64,000 nt of DNA from a virus. A model generated the notes under the pieces. It was not told the origin of the DNA. It was given only the letters and a program-made list of their open reading frames with translations, and did no database searches. Numbering within the stretch: the first letter of the stretch is position 1; each line of letters opens with the position of its first letter. Shown here piece after piece: positions 29,846 to 38,795 of this stretch. Both the position numbers and the translations under genes were made by a program. The stretch lies in IMG/VR virus record IMGVR_UViG_3300031772_000003, positions 64,001 to 128,000 of that record. One strand, written 5' to 3'.

Positions 29846-30345
29846 CACACAGCCCCTCCATTTTTCCCGCTTTGTGGCCCGGAGAACGGCAGCAGCGGCG
29901 GGGTGCTGCCGCTCGCAAGCAATTCGGAGATTCCACTGGCCATCCGCTTGCCCACGGTCCCGCCAGTGGGCAGGAGCAGCCACGGAAGGAATGCTTCCCA
30001 AGCCTCCCATATCCCATTCTCAACAGCCTCAAGTTGGGCCTTGAGAAGCAGGAGCAGGACCCGCCATTGCTGGCGGCACTCGCGCTCCCATTCAATCAAA
30101 GCGTCAACCTCGGAGCGGCGTCGCCGCTTGCCGGGGGTGAGGCGGAACCGCTCGGCAGCCGCATCGGGCAGGGTCAGGCTCACCTCCAAGTGGAGACTGC
30201 GGTAGCAGAACTGGACGAAGGCCCGCCGCGACCGCACGCTCTGGCCCACCACGATGTCATCGCAGCCGTACCGGCGCAGCGTCCCCTCGATCTCAATGCG
30301 GGAGCGCTCGACCGAAACATGGGTTGAATTGGCAAAGTGGCTCAT
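29845..30345 (-). CDS. Conserved phage hypothetical protein
   Basis: T.VSVERSR.EIE..L.RYG...WR.L.L..KA.LEAVE.GI....EAFL. Confidence 0.7.
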   Translation of the reverse strand: MSHFANSTHVSVERSRIEIEGTLRRYGCDDIVVGQSVRSRRAFVQFCYRSLHLEVSLTLPDAAAERFRLTPGKRRRRSEVDALIEWERECRQQWRVLLLLLKAQLEAVENGIWEAWEAFLPWLLLPTGGTVGKRMASGISELLASGSTPPLLPFSGPQSGKNGGAV

Positions 30346-30623
30346 TTCACACCCTTCCGGTGAAGCCATCCCGGCTCCATCCGCCAGCGCGAGCAGTTAC
30401 GCCAAGCCGCCTCGGCCCGCCTCTGGGCCCACTCCCGAGACAGGGCATAGCCCCTAATGAGGACGGTGCGGCCCGTCTTGTTCCGCCGCTCCACCAGCCA
30501 GCCCCAGCATTGGTGGTCCCCAGACCACCACGTGATGGCCACAAGACTGCCGGGGCCTCGGGGCTCCTCCTCAACCACGACGTTGGTTCCACGCCCACTG
30601 GTATCGCGCCAGTCCAAGTCCAC
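30342..30623 (-). CDS. Trp-rich hypothetical protein
   Basis: Coupled ORF. Confidence 0.4.
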   Translation of the reverse strand: MDLDWRDTSGRGTNVVVEEEPRGPGSLVAITWWSGDHQCWGWLVERRNKTGRTVLIRGYALSREWAQRRAEAAWRNCSRWRMEPGWLHRKGVK

Positions 30624-31870
30624 GTCGCGCTCCGGACCGGCTCAGAGCCCCAAGCCGTCCCTGATCTCCTGGGCCGCCTTGTAGTAGAGTTGCTCGATCA
30701 AGGCGAAGTGGGCCGTATATTTCTCCTCGTTATCAGGATCACCACGGAGGTTATTCACTCGGTCCAGCGCCTCGGCGACCGCCGCGATCTTGAGGGCGTT
30801 GTCGAGGTGACCCCGCTGCACCACAGGGGGGCTGACCGAACCTGTGCCCGATGGGGGCTGTCCGACACCACTTCCATTCGACATCTCAGACGCTCCTTTC
30901 CTTGTGTGGAACAAAAGGCTCACTCCTACATAACACGAAACTGGGAAGCATACAAGTGATCCACCTCGGCTCTTTCCACCCACACGCGCTCCATGCTAGC
31001 CTCCTGCTCTCGAAACTGGCGGTGCAGGGTATCTCTGTGGGTATCTGCCAGAGCCTCTGTGCTACACACGGAGCAAACACATAGGGCATCGAACCCTCTG
31101 CCACCAATCGTACCACGAAAGACGAGCCACACATAGGCAGACTGTCGGCCCTGGTTGAGCACAAGGGGGAGGTTGACATGGGTTGCGCGTTTGGATCTAG
31201 CCACATCTGGCCTCCTTACTAGACGTTACGGTAACGTCCCCTGATCTCCTCGCCGTAGTCATGACCATCCACCCTAATGCCCCTCCGTATCTCGGCCCGC
31301 TTGTGGGCCCCAATAGGAATGTGGGCCGTGGTAGAGTGGGTATGGATGGACCTGCCGCAGATATGGCAGACCCACACAAGGGGCTCGCCCAAACTCTTCC
31401 TGCCGTCTCGGCCCAAGCCATCATGCCTCAATGACTGCTCTCCCTTTCTTAGGAGTCGAGCGGCGACGATGCAGGAGGAACAGGCCGTAGAGACTCGTGG
31501 ATGGAGTCCCGAGAATCGCCACGAGTTCCTCCACGAGCGGGCCGACCCGGGCCCAGCACCGGGGACAGACCCAGATGGAGTCCCCGTCATCTATGGGGAC
31601 CCAGAACCAGCCCGTGGCATCCATTACCGCCCCCACGGCGCAACTGGGGCCGGTCTCGTATGGGTGGGTCGCTCCACAATGACAAATCAGCATCGCTATC
31701 TCCTCACTTCAAGAAGCATGCGCCCCCAGCAATCATCACAGTATCGTCCTGCGGTGAGGCCGTAGCCGCTCCTGGGCTTGCCGGGCTTGTCACATGGCAC
31801 CCACTCCCCCGTGGCAGCACGGACATAACACTGACAGTGGTTGCACCCGCATGGGGTCAACGCTAGGGGC

Positions 31871-32242
31871 TCACAATGCACGGCGAACTTGGCCATCATC
31901 TATTCCTCGCTCAAGAGGCTTATCGTCAACATCCACAATGACGACCCGGCGTGAGCCAATCATTTTCTTGACACGCTCCTCATCCCCCCACCAGCATTGC
32001 ATCCCCCAAACCACAACGCCGCTGTCGAGCCTGATGCAGGGATTAACGTAGGCGTCACAGAACGCCTGGGCCAACTCCGCGGAATCGAAGCCAAGAGCCC
32101 AGTCCCTCACAATCTCGTCATAGGAAAATCCGAAAGGACCGAAGGGAGGGTGCTGCTCGCCAAGATAGGCGCCGTAGCCCAGAAGCCGCACCTCCTCGTC
32201 GCTGGCGGAGAGAATAGCACCAACCCTACGCGGTTCGCTCAA
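31871..32242 (-). CDS. Hypothetical phage protein
   Basis: RVGAI....V.L.GYG.Y.G...NP.I.LDSG.VVWG.QCWW. Confidence 0.6.
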   Translation of the reverse strand: MSEPRRVGAILSASDEEVRLLGYGAYLGEQHPPFGPFGFSYDEIVRDWALGFDSAELAQAFCDAYVNPCIRLDSGVVVWGMQCWWGDEERVKKMIGSRRVVIVDVDDKPLERGIDDGQVRRAL

Positions 32243-32934
32243 CCCCCTCTCTCCTCCTGTTCAGCGGCCTGCGCGGCCACTTTGGCATTATGTGGGTCAA
32301 AACTGAGCACGTGGTCCAGCCCACTGAAGGCACATGCCGCCTTCTTCTGCCACGCAGTCTTCTGGCCACCTCTGTACGTCTTTACCAGGAGGGCCCGCAG
32401 AGCCTCACGCTGCTGCGCCGCCCTCAACCTGATCTTCTCAAACTCCCGACAGACTTCGTTCAACGTCCCACCTCCTTTGCCAACCGAGCCTCCTCGGCCT
32501 TGAACCTCCTGCCGAGCTTGCGGAGCGTTGCCAGCCATGCTTCACGGGCATCATGGGGCACCTCACGGAACCGGGTCGCCCCAGGGCACATCTCATTCAA
32601 GGTAGCTGAGGCGTGCTTGGCCAAGGCAAGAGCGGCAATGAGATAGTCGTCGTACACACTCCGCTTAGACATGTCACAACTCCATCAAGTGTCCAGGTAT
32701 TGTTTCCGCCGTCCGCCATCACGGCCCAAACGCCTCGCGTGGATACCGTCATCCGAGGCATGGCGGAGAGTATGCAGGGCTCGCTCCTCCCCCTCTATTA
32801 CCGCCTCGATCTCCGGAGCGAACCCATTAGAGTACTGGGGCCTCCGGCACGCGACGCAGCAGTCGTGCCAACGCCAACCGTGGTTCGGTTTCCCGCAAAT
32901 GAAGCACGGCTTCGCCGGCATCCCATTCTCCTCA

Positions 32935-33309
32935 CTATCCATCCCCACCCCTAGAATCAAGTTGGGTCACGATAACCCTCTTCTTGACCCCAAACCTCAG
33001 AGCTTCGGCATGTGTGGGAAACCACACATCAAGCCGCCGTCCCTTGATTGCCCCTCCCTTATCGAGGACCACGAAGGTCTGGCCCGGGAAGCAGGATAGT
33101 GCGATCCGAGTCCCCCGTGGCAGCACCCCCCAGTCCGCTGCAACGACACCCCACCTCGCACGCTGGCCCGAGGCCGTGATGCCGTAGAGTTTATGAGCAG
33201 GGGGCTTACCGCAGCACCGCTCGCAGGAGCAGAATGCCGTCACGGTGTATGAGTCCGCAGGGGCCAGGGGCGAGTTGAACATGAGGCAGTAGAGCAACAG
33301 GCACAGCAT
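32935..33309 (-). CDS. 3D-domain (MltA-like) lytic transglycosylase with signal peptide
   Basis: VTAFC, GITASG, VAAD, GTRI, VLDKGGAIKGRRLDVWF..H.EA..FG. Confidence 0.88.
   Translation of the reverse strand: MLCLLLYCLMFNSPLAPADSYTVTAFCSCERCCGKPPAHKLYGITASGQRARWGVVAADWGVLPRGTRIALSCFPGQTFVVLDKGGAIKGRRLDVWFPTHAEALRFGVKKRVIVTQLDSRGGDG
32946..32962 (-). promoter_or_regulatory. Dispersed junction motif ACTTGATTCTAGGGGTG
   Basis: Exact consensus; an ATG follows 3 nt later. Confidence 0.75.
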
Positions 33310-33332
33310 CACTGCTCCTCTCTCTCTCCTCC

Positions 33333-33348
33333 CACACCTAGAATCAAC
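33333..33348 (-). promoter_or_regulatory. Dispersed junction motif, variant (GTTGATTCTAGGTGTG)
   Basis: Upstream of the 3D-domain gene. Confidence 0.65.
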
Positions 33349-33413
33349 CCGGGAGCGGCCTCTACAAGCCCCAAGGACGCACATGGCAGCCCCTTGGCTG
33401 CATCCGGGAGGGA

Positions 33414-33827
33414 TCATTGGGCCTCTGGTGCCTCTAAGGCCCCACATCGCCTCTTGAGGGCCTCTATGTCTTCCTGCTGTAACGCTGCAAGGCCCAGCAG
33501 AAGCTCCTCGTTGCGCCGCTCCTGCTCGATGGTAGAGTCAATCGTGGCCAGGATCGAGTCGAGGAGGCCATTGAACCGAGCGTGACTCTCGGTGTCCACA
33601 GCCTCACTCCACCATCTGTGCTTCAGGGGCTCGATCTCGGCCTCGACATCCATGATCGACCGCAAGAGCTCGCCCTTGCGGGCGAAGAGAGAGACACAGC
33701 GGTCGAAGCCATCCCCACTTTCGAGGATAGCGCCCTGCTCCCGTGTGATGGCCAGAAGCTCTCTGTAGACCCCTGCTTCCGCTGCATAGGCAGCGGGGAG
33801 TGAATCGGCCAAGCTAGCCATTGCCAT
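33414..33827 (-). CDS. FlgN-like helical chaperone
   Basis: Y.ELL.IT.EQ..IL....L...K.ELL..I..VE.EI...E..N..LL heptad pattern. Confidence 0.5.
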   Translation of the reverse strand: MAMASLADSLPAAYAAEAGVYRELLAITREQGAILESGDGFDRCVSLFARKGELLRSIMDVEAEIEPLKHRWWSEAVDTESHARFNGLLDSILATIDSTIEQERRNEELLLGLAALQQEDIEALKRRCGALEAPEAQ

Positions 33828-34059
33828 ATCTCCTGACCAAGATGGGGCTTAAAGCTCAAAGATGCTCCTACAGGTCAGACCAGCGACCTGCTCGATGGTC
33901 AGCGGTGTCCCCCGCCGTGACCAATAGAGGTCGCAGCGATCACACTGGTAGTAAGCCGCTCCATCGTAGAGCCTCCGCACCTCAACGGTGACAGTGGGGC
34001 CACCGCAGCGCGGGCAAGAGCCTAGCTCTACGTCGAGCCTGTCATGGGTAACCACGGTC

Positions 34060-34521
34060 CTACTCCTCCTTCGGCTCCATGGCGTCAAATGCCTCTTGGC
34101 ACTTCCTGCACCATCTCCACCCGTGGCAATCGCGTCGGGTCTGCGGGTCGGCGGCATCCCCACACTGCGGGCAGGGTGGGAGGATACCGGCAAGCTCAAG
34201 CCTAGCCTCCAAGAACCCCTGTATCCATGCCGTTGTCACGGCTCCGGAGCCAACGTTTCGGAGCACGATCCCAATCGCTTTCCGCAGGGCATCGCGCTGG
34301 GCCTCTATGTCACAGAGGTAGTGGCACACCATCCAACCCTGTCCATCAGGAACGGCATCGGGGGTGCCCTCGGGGCACGGGGCCCAGGAGGAGGTAAAGC
34401 AGACCTCGCACACTTGCATCCGCGCCCTCCACTCCTCCAGGACGGCCCGAAGGTCCGGAGCCATTGATGCATCGCGGAGGTAGCGGGTAAGCTCGGCGTT
34501 GGACATCTCTTTGGGGTTCAT
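34060..34521 (-). CDS. Zinc-binding hypothetical protein
   Basis: Several CxxC pairs. Confidence 0.45.
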   Translation of the reverse strand: MNPKEMSNAELTRYLRDASMAPDLRAVLEEWRARMQVCEVCFTSSWAPCPEGTPDAVPDGQGWMVCHYLCDIEAQRDALRKAIGIVLRNVGSGAVTTAWIQGFLEARLELAGILPPCPQCGDAADPQTRRDCHGWRWCRKCQEAFDAMEPKEE

Positions 34522-34541
34522 TGCACCACATCCTTCCAAAG

Positions 34542-35195
34542 TCACGCTGCGAAGTCGCGCAGCTTGAGCTTCCACATCAAGCGTTCGCCCCCACGGGTCA
34601 GGAGCAGCGGCACGGTGCGGGCCACGATGCCCTCTGCCATGCCACCGCAACCACCCTCAGCAGGTCCAATGGCCGTTTGGCCGCCATGCAGGATGTCGAG
34701 AAGCTCTTCGCGGCTCGCAGGCAGCGCTCCAATAGTCCCGAGATACGGCACGACCATCAGGCCCAACTTGTTCGCCACGTCCTGGACATTAGCGGGCTCA
34801 AGCCACCACTCCCCCACCAGCGCGTCGAAGATGCGGAGGGCCATGTTGGGGCGGTAGATGCCACCCCTCTGGATACCTGCCCCGTAGCCCTCGCCGTAGA
34901 TCGTGACAGCGGTGCAGGCACAATCAGGAAACGCGGCCCGAACCCTGTCGGCAGGGAGCGTGTTCGCCAGATACTCAAAGAACTTGGCAGGCAGTTGGGC
35001 AGTGTCCGTCCTGCCCGTGTAAGCAACCGAACCATCGTCGCGCAGGCAAACACGGACGTTGGTGCCGTCAATCTTCTCCGTGACGGCCCACGAACGGGGC
35101 AGGGCGAACTCGGGCAGGCGCAATGCCTTGGGCACAACCTTAAAACGCTCGTCGCGGTCGTAGAGGGTCTCGATCTTTGGATACTCAGTATCCAC
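34542..35195 (-). CDS. RNA ligase, minimal Rnl2-type adenylyltransferase
   Basis: EYPKIETLY, VTEKIDGTN, IYGEGYG, IFD, AEGIV, WKLK..DF. Confidence 0.88.
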   Translation of the reverse strand: MDTEYPKIETLYDRDERFKVVPKALRLPEFALPRSWAVTEKIDGTNVRVCLRDDGSVAYTGRTDTAQLPAKFFEYLANTLPADRVRAAFPDCACTAVTIYGEGYGAGIQRGGIYRPNMALRIFDALVGEWWLEPANVQDVANKLGLMVVPYLGTIGALPASREELLDILHGGQTAIGPAEGGCGGMAEGIVARTVPLLLTRGGERLMWKLKLRDFAA

Positions 35196-35267
35196 TGTAT
35201 CTCTCCTATCAAACCCCTCCCCCAGCCCCAGCCCGCACGGATTCTCACCGTGGGCGTTGGCCAGCAC

Positions 35268-35450
35268 TCAATTCGCCTCCCGCCGCCGAGCCACACGCTC
35301 CGAGGCCAGGGCCTGCGCCTCCAAATCATTCAATGCCTCTACCATGTCCTGGCAGAGGAGCCGAACCGCCACACGCTCCCGCCGCGTGAGACGGTCCAGT
35401 TCGACCCGCTGGTCATTCTTGTCCATGATCTCCAGATGCAGCGTCTTCAC
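35268..35450 (-). CDS. Small hypothetical protein
   Basis: GGAGGAG RBS downstream of a junction motif. Confidence 0.4.
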   Translation of the reverse strand: MKTLHLEIMDKNDQRVELDRLTRRERVAVRLLCQDMVEALNDLEAQALASERVARRREAN

Positions 35451-35471
35451 AACATACTCCTCCTTCCCTCC

Positions 35472-35487
35472 CACCCCCAGAATCAAG
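35472..35487 (-). promoter_or_regulatory. Dispersed junction motif, variant (CTTGATTCTGGGGGTG)
   Basis: Contains the stop codon of 35483..35827. Confidence 0.65.
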
Positions 35488-35827
35488 CCGGCGGCCCATT
35501 CTGATAGAGGGCGTAGCCATCCAGGGCTGCCCGCAGCAGCGGGCTCCCCGGCAATGAGTCGATTCCCGCCTGCTTCTGGGCCCACACGAGGTAGGCACTC
35601 ATCAAGGCGATGAGATAGATGCTGGACCGGGGGCCGAAGTAGGGGACATCGTAGGTCGGGAACCGGCCCTTCTTGTCGCGCTGCCACAGCGGGTACTCAC
35701 CGCTCCGTTCGGAGGCGAAATCCGCGGCCTCCTGGGCCTGAGCCGGGGTGAGCGTGGCGAACCTGCCGTAGCAGTCGGCGGCGTAGAACATCACAGCACC
35801 GGCCATCATGGGGTCCATCTGAGCCAT
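35483..35827 (-). CDS. Hypothetical protein
   Basis: GAGGAG RBS. Confidence 0.5.
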   Translation of the reverse strand: MAQMDPMMAGAVMFYAADCYGRFATLTPAQAQEAADFASERSGEYPLWQRDKKGRFPTYDVPYFGPRSSIYLIALMSAYLVWAQKQAGIDSLPGSPLLRAALDGYALYQNGPPA

Positions 35828-35843
35828 CTTGGGGTCTCCTCTC

Positions 35844-36242
35844 TCAGTACTCACTCGGCAGCATGACGACCCAAAGCCTGCCGCTCGGGCGGTCCTGGGC
35901 CGCGACGTAGAATGTCCACTCCCCCTCCTCGAAGTCGACGTAGTTGAAGTCCTGTTGGGCCAGGACCGCGGTTCCCGTATCGAGTCTGCACGCGAGCCGC
36001 GCTGTCTTGTCGGGACGGACCGTCAGGGTCCAGACCTGGAACACCGCGCCAGGGCCGCCCTTGCGGATCACGTCGGGGAGGTGGGATGCGATTGCCTGCA
36101 TCAGCCAGAACGCCCCACTCTCGCCCCCGTGCTCGGCCACGTAGAGCGCCCCATCGGTCAGCACGACGTTGCGGAACGGGAAGCCGAGGCGGGTATACCC
36201 CTCCGATCCCGTGAACTGGCTCAACTCGGTCTGGTCGATCAT
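35844..36242 (-). CDS. DUF6876-like protein
   Basis: LSQFTGSE.Y...LTDG..YVAE..G.AFWL...IAS...FQVW.L...MLPSEY. Confidence 0.75.
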   Translation of the reverse strand: MIDQTELSQFTGSEGYTRLGFPFRNVVLTDGALYVAEHGGESGAFWLMQAIASHLPDVIRKGGPGAVFQVWTLTVRPDKTARLACRLDTGTAVLAQQDFNYVDFEEGEWTFYVAAQDRPSGRLWVVMLPSEY

Positions 36243-36279
36243 CGGTAGCTCCTCCTACAGACAGGCATTCTCCTCCCCC

Positions 36280-36296
36280 CACCCCTAGAATCAAGT
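36280..36296 (-). promoter_or_regulatory. Dispersed junction motif ACTTGATTCTAGGGGTG
   Basis: Exact consensus; contains the stop codon of 36291..36974. Confidence 0.75.
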
Positions 36297-36974
36297 GGGC
36301 CTAACTAGCCGGCCAAGAGTAGCCACAAGGTTGCGGCAGCCGCCGACCACCCCAACGACGAGCAGGGCGGCCTTGGAGATGAACCATCGCCGCCATTGGT
36401 GAGACAGGGGCGGTGGGACCGCGGGCAGTGGTGGGGGCAGAATGGCTGGCCCTGTGGCCGGCAGCAGAATGTCCGACTGAACGATCACGGCGGGGTGGAG
36501 GGCGTCGCTCACGGTACGGATGACGGGGACAACGGGCTCGATTGGCTTCGCCCGCTCCAGGGGCTTGGCTCTCGCCGTCGGCCGGCGTTCCCACTTCACC
36601 CGCTGCACATTCTCCTCTACCGTCCTAGAAGGGAGGAACGTGATTGTGCGGGGTGGCCGCTCGGCCCAAGGAGCCTCAAAAAGGATAACGCTCTTCATCT
36701 CGTCCACCTCGGCGGGAAAGGCCCAATGGCCTCTCCGTTCCCCTGTGGGTAGCCCCTCATCCCACAGATTGACCGAGATGGCTCCACCCCGCATCTTGAA
36801 CCCATTGGGGTGGTGGGCCATTGTGCAGAGCCCATCAGGCTCCATCGTCAGCGACCACCGCTGGCCATCCCCCGCATGGCTTATCTCGACCGTCACCCGC
36901 AGTTCGAGGTACGGACCCCTCGCGGTTCCCAGCCTGCTTCTGAATGTGCCAGCAGGGTAGTACAGTCCTGTCAC
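36291..36974 (-). CDS. Hypothetical membrane-anchored protein
   Basis: AAGGAG RBS; Pro-rich linker, C-terminal hydrophobic segment. Confidence 0.5.
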   Translation of the reverse strand: MTGLYYPAGTFRSRLGTARGPYLELRVTVEISHAGDGQRWSLTMEPDGLCTMAHHPNGFKMRGGAISVNLWDEGLPTGERRGHWAFPAEVDEMKSVILFEAPWAERPPRTITFLPSRTVEENVQRVKWERRPTARAKPLERAKPIEPVVPVIRTVSDALHPAVIVQSDILLPATGPAILPPPLPAVPPPLSHQWRRWFISKAALLVVGVVGGCRNLVATLGRLVRPT

Positions 36975-37097
36975 CCGCGCGCTCCTTAGACAAGCCCAAG
37001 AAGCTCAAAATAGTGCCTTCTCCCTCCACTGGGTGTACCTGAATAACGGTCAACCCAGCTTGTAGGCGTGCGCTGACGCCTCGTTAGTCGGAGAAGC

Positions 37098-37263
37098 AGG
37101 GGGTGGGGGGACTCGAACCCCATCCTCGCAGCCCCACACCCATGGTGGCGAAACCGGTAGCTAGTCGGCCCCACCACAACAGGATGAAGGTGACAGGCAG
37201 GTAGCTAATCCTCCTGTGCCTCTACAAGGGGCTGCGCGCTCTAACCCTATGAGCTACACCCCC
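37098..37263 (-). ncRNA. tRNA-like RNA with the anticodon loop replaced by a 100-nt two-hairpin insert
   Basis: Acceptor GGGGGTG/CACCCCC, T8A9, D arm GCTC-ATAGGGTTA-GAGC, anticodon stem CGCAG/CTGCG (+CCCC/GGGG), T arm GGGG-TTCGAGT-CCCC; no encoded CCA. Confidence 0.8.
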
Positions 37264-37296
37264 GCGGGATTCCAAAGAGCCTTCGATCTTCCCTCT

Positions 37297-37313
37297 CACC
37301 CCTAGAATCAAGT
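37297..37313 (-). promoter_or_regulatory. Dispersed junction motif ACTTGATTCTAGGGGTG
   Basis: Exact consensus; 33 nt upstream of the tRNA-like RNA. Confidence 0.75.
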
Positions 37314-37483
37314 GGGCTCAGGAAACCTTGCAGGCAGCACCCGACGGTTCTCTGGGAAGCCTCTCCAGAGGCCCTGGCAGCCCCGTGGCTGCGTCCGGGG
37401 GAGGCTGGTGGGCTTCTGATACCTCCGGGCGGGTATGGGCCCTGAAAGTGGCTCCTGGGAGGGGTGTTTCGCCGCCACTGTCC

Positions 37484-37801
37484 TCAATTCAAGGTGAAGC
37501 TGAGGTCAGGCTGGAACGCCTGCCGCACGGCGGCACTGTCCTCCTTGATCTCCGCCGCCATGGCCTCGTCGTTCCGGCAGGACTGACAAAGGACATAGAA
37601 CGGCACCAGGACGTGCCCGTTGGGCAGGATGGCCCCCGCGAGACCCCCTGGCAGGTAGCTGACCACACCGACAATGGGCTTGGCACCACATCGCCCACAG
37701 CCGCAGCCCCGGCCCTGGAGGACAGCGAACGCTGTGGCGGCGGCGAGGCTCAGTGCCTCATCGGCCAGGGGCAGCGGAAGCTCAATGCAGGCTGAGGTCA
37801 A
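37484..37801 (-). CDS. Zinc-binding hypothetical protein
   Basis: CGRCG...Y.LCQSC. Confidence 0.5.
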   Translation of the reverse strand: MTSACIELPLPLADEALSLAAATAFAVLQGRGCGCGRCGAKPIVGVVSYLPGGLAGAILPNGHVLVPFYVLCQSCRNDEAMAAEIKEDSAAVRQAFQPDLSFTLN

Positions 37802-37829
37802 TGGCTCGCTCCTCGGGTTACCCTCCCCT

Positions 37830-37846
37830 CACCCCTAGAATCAGGT
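37830..37846 (-). promoter_or_regulatory. Dispersed junction motif, variant (ACCTGATTCTAGGGGTG)
   Basis: One mismatch to consensus; supplies the stop for the truncated gene 37841..37999. Confidence 0.7.
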
Positions 37847-37999
37847 GAGCTTGCCCAGGAAGCAGCGGGACCAGTCCCAGCCAAGACAGCCGAGGTCCAC
37901 CACGGGGCCTTTGTGCTCCCATATCCTGGGGTGAAACCTGTAGTAGGGCAGGGTACCGGAGCCCTGCTGCAACTTGGCTAGAATGTCCTGAGCCGTCAT
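37841..37999 (-). pseudogene. Probable truncated SAM-methyltransferase fragment (52 aa)
   Basis: ATGA-coupled to the GT gene; MTAQDIL...VVDLGCLGWDWSRCFLGKLT* ends just after SAM motif I. Confidence 0.5.
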
Positions 38000-38760
38000 C
38001 GCTCTCCCCCTACTCGCTGCCGCTGGAAGTAGTCACGGTCAGCGGACAGCACGGGGTGGAAAACCTTGTAACCCTCGTTCTCTGCCCCTCGTGGGCTACG
38101 CCTTGGCTTGCACGTAGACCAGATGGGCTTACCGAGGCACACCATACTCAACCCCAGAGACTTACACACCAAAGGCAGCAAGTGGTCGTCGGGCAAACCA
38201 GTCCACCGTCTCGCCTGTCTACCCGATTGCAACAAACCACTCTCACTCAGTCGTTCCAAGAGTGATACGGTGAGTAGGGTACAGCTACCATGCAGCCCCT
38301 CACCAGGTACGTAGGTCGGAGGGGTAGGCCCAAGAACCCTGCTCAACCTCGCCCTATCCTGACCGAACAGGCGAGCCCAGTTCGCATTCACCCTATACTT
38401 GCCAACCAGCCCAATGCCATCCGAGGTGACATGTCCGAGCAGAGCGGCGTCTGCGCCCCGCCCTATGGCGAGCGTGTCATAATCAACGGAGAGCGTGTGG
38501 ACCCAGCCGTAGTGTTGGTGCAGCCACGCAACGGACTCCATCTGTAGCTCAAATAGCCCCGTACCCCAACCATGCTGCCGCGGTGAGCAGTATGTTGGGA
38601 TGCCATTCTGGATTAACTTAGCAGCAAGAGCGGGGTTGCCGTCTACGGCACAAAAGACAAGGGTACCCTTCGACTCGGTGGACCACAACCATGACTCGCA
38701 GGCATCACGAACCAGAGCCACGTCGCGGTGGCAGCGGATGCACACGGCAAGATCAAGCAA
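37996..38760 (-). CDS. Glycosyltransferase-like (GT-A) protein, paralog of 7155..7970
   Basis: CIRCH, GWGTGL, DYDTLA, Y.PGEG..G, PDDHL, FHP. Confidence 0.6.
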   Translation of the reverse strand: MLDLAVCIRCHRDVALVRDACESWLWSTESKGTLVFCAVDGNPALAAKLIQNGIPTYCSPRQHGWGTGLFELQMESVAWLHQHYGWVHTLSVDYDTLAIGRGADAALLGHVTSDGIGLVGKYRVNANWARLFGQDRARLSRVLGPTPPTYVPGEGLHGSCTLLTVSLLERLSESGLLQSGRQARRWTGLPDDHLLPLVCKSLGLSMVCLGKPIWSTCKPRRSPRGAENEGYKVFHPVLSADRDYFQRQRVGGER

Positions 38761-38795
38761 AAAGCCACTCCATGAGAGCTACACCACCCACGGGG

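Noticed and set aside
36986-37177. 63-aa ORF overlapping the tRNA-like RNA
   Set aside because: No RBS or motifs; the sequence is better explained by RNA structure
37198-37215. Loop GGATTAGCTACC resembles the 16S rRNA 790 loop (GGATTAGATACC)
   Set aside because: Short match only, with no other rRNA similarity; not enough to call mimicry
37098-37263. tmRNA or ordinary intron-containing tRNA
   Set aside because: It has a full D stem, is only 166 nt, lacks G3:U70 and a tag ORF; no canonical anticodon loop can be reconstructed and no BHB or group I core was seen
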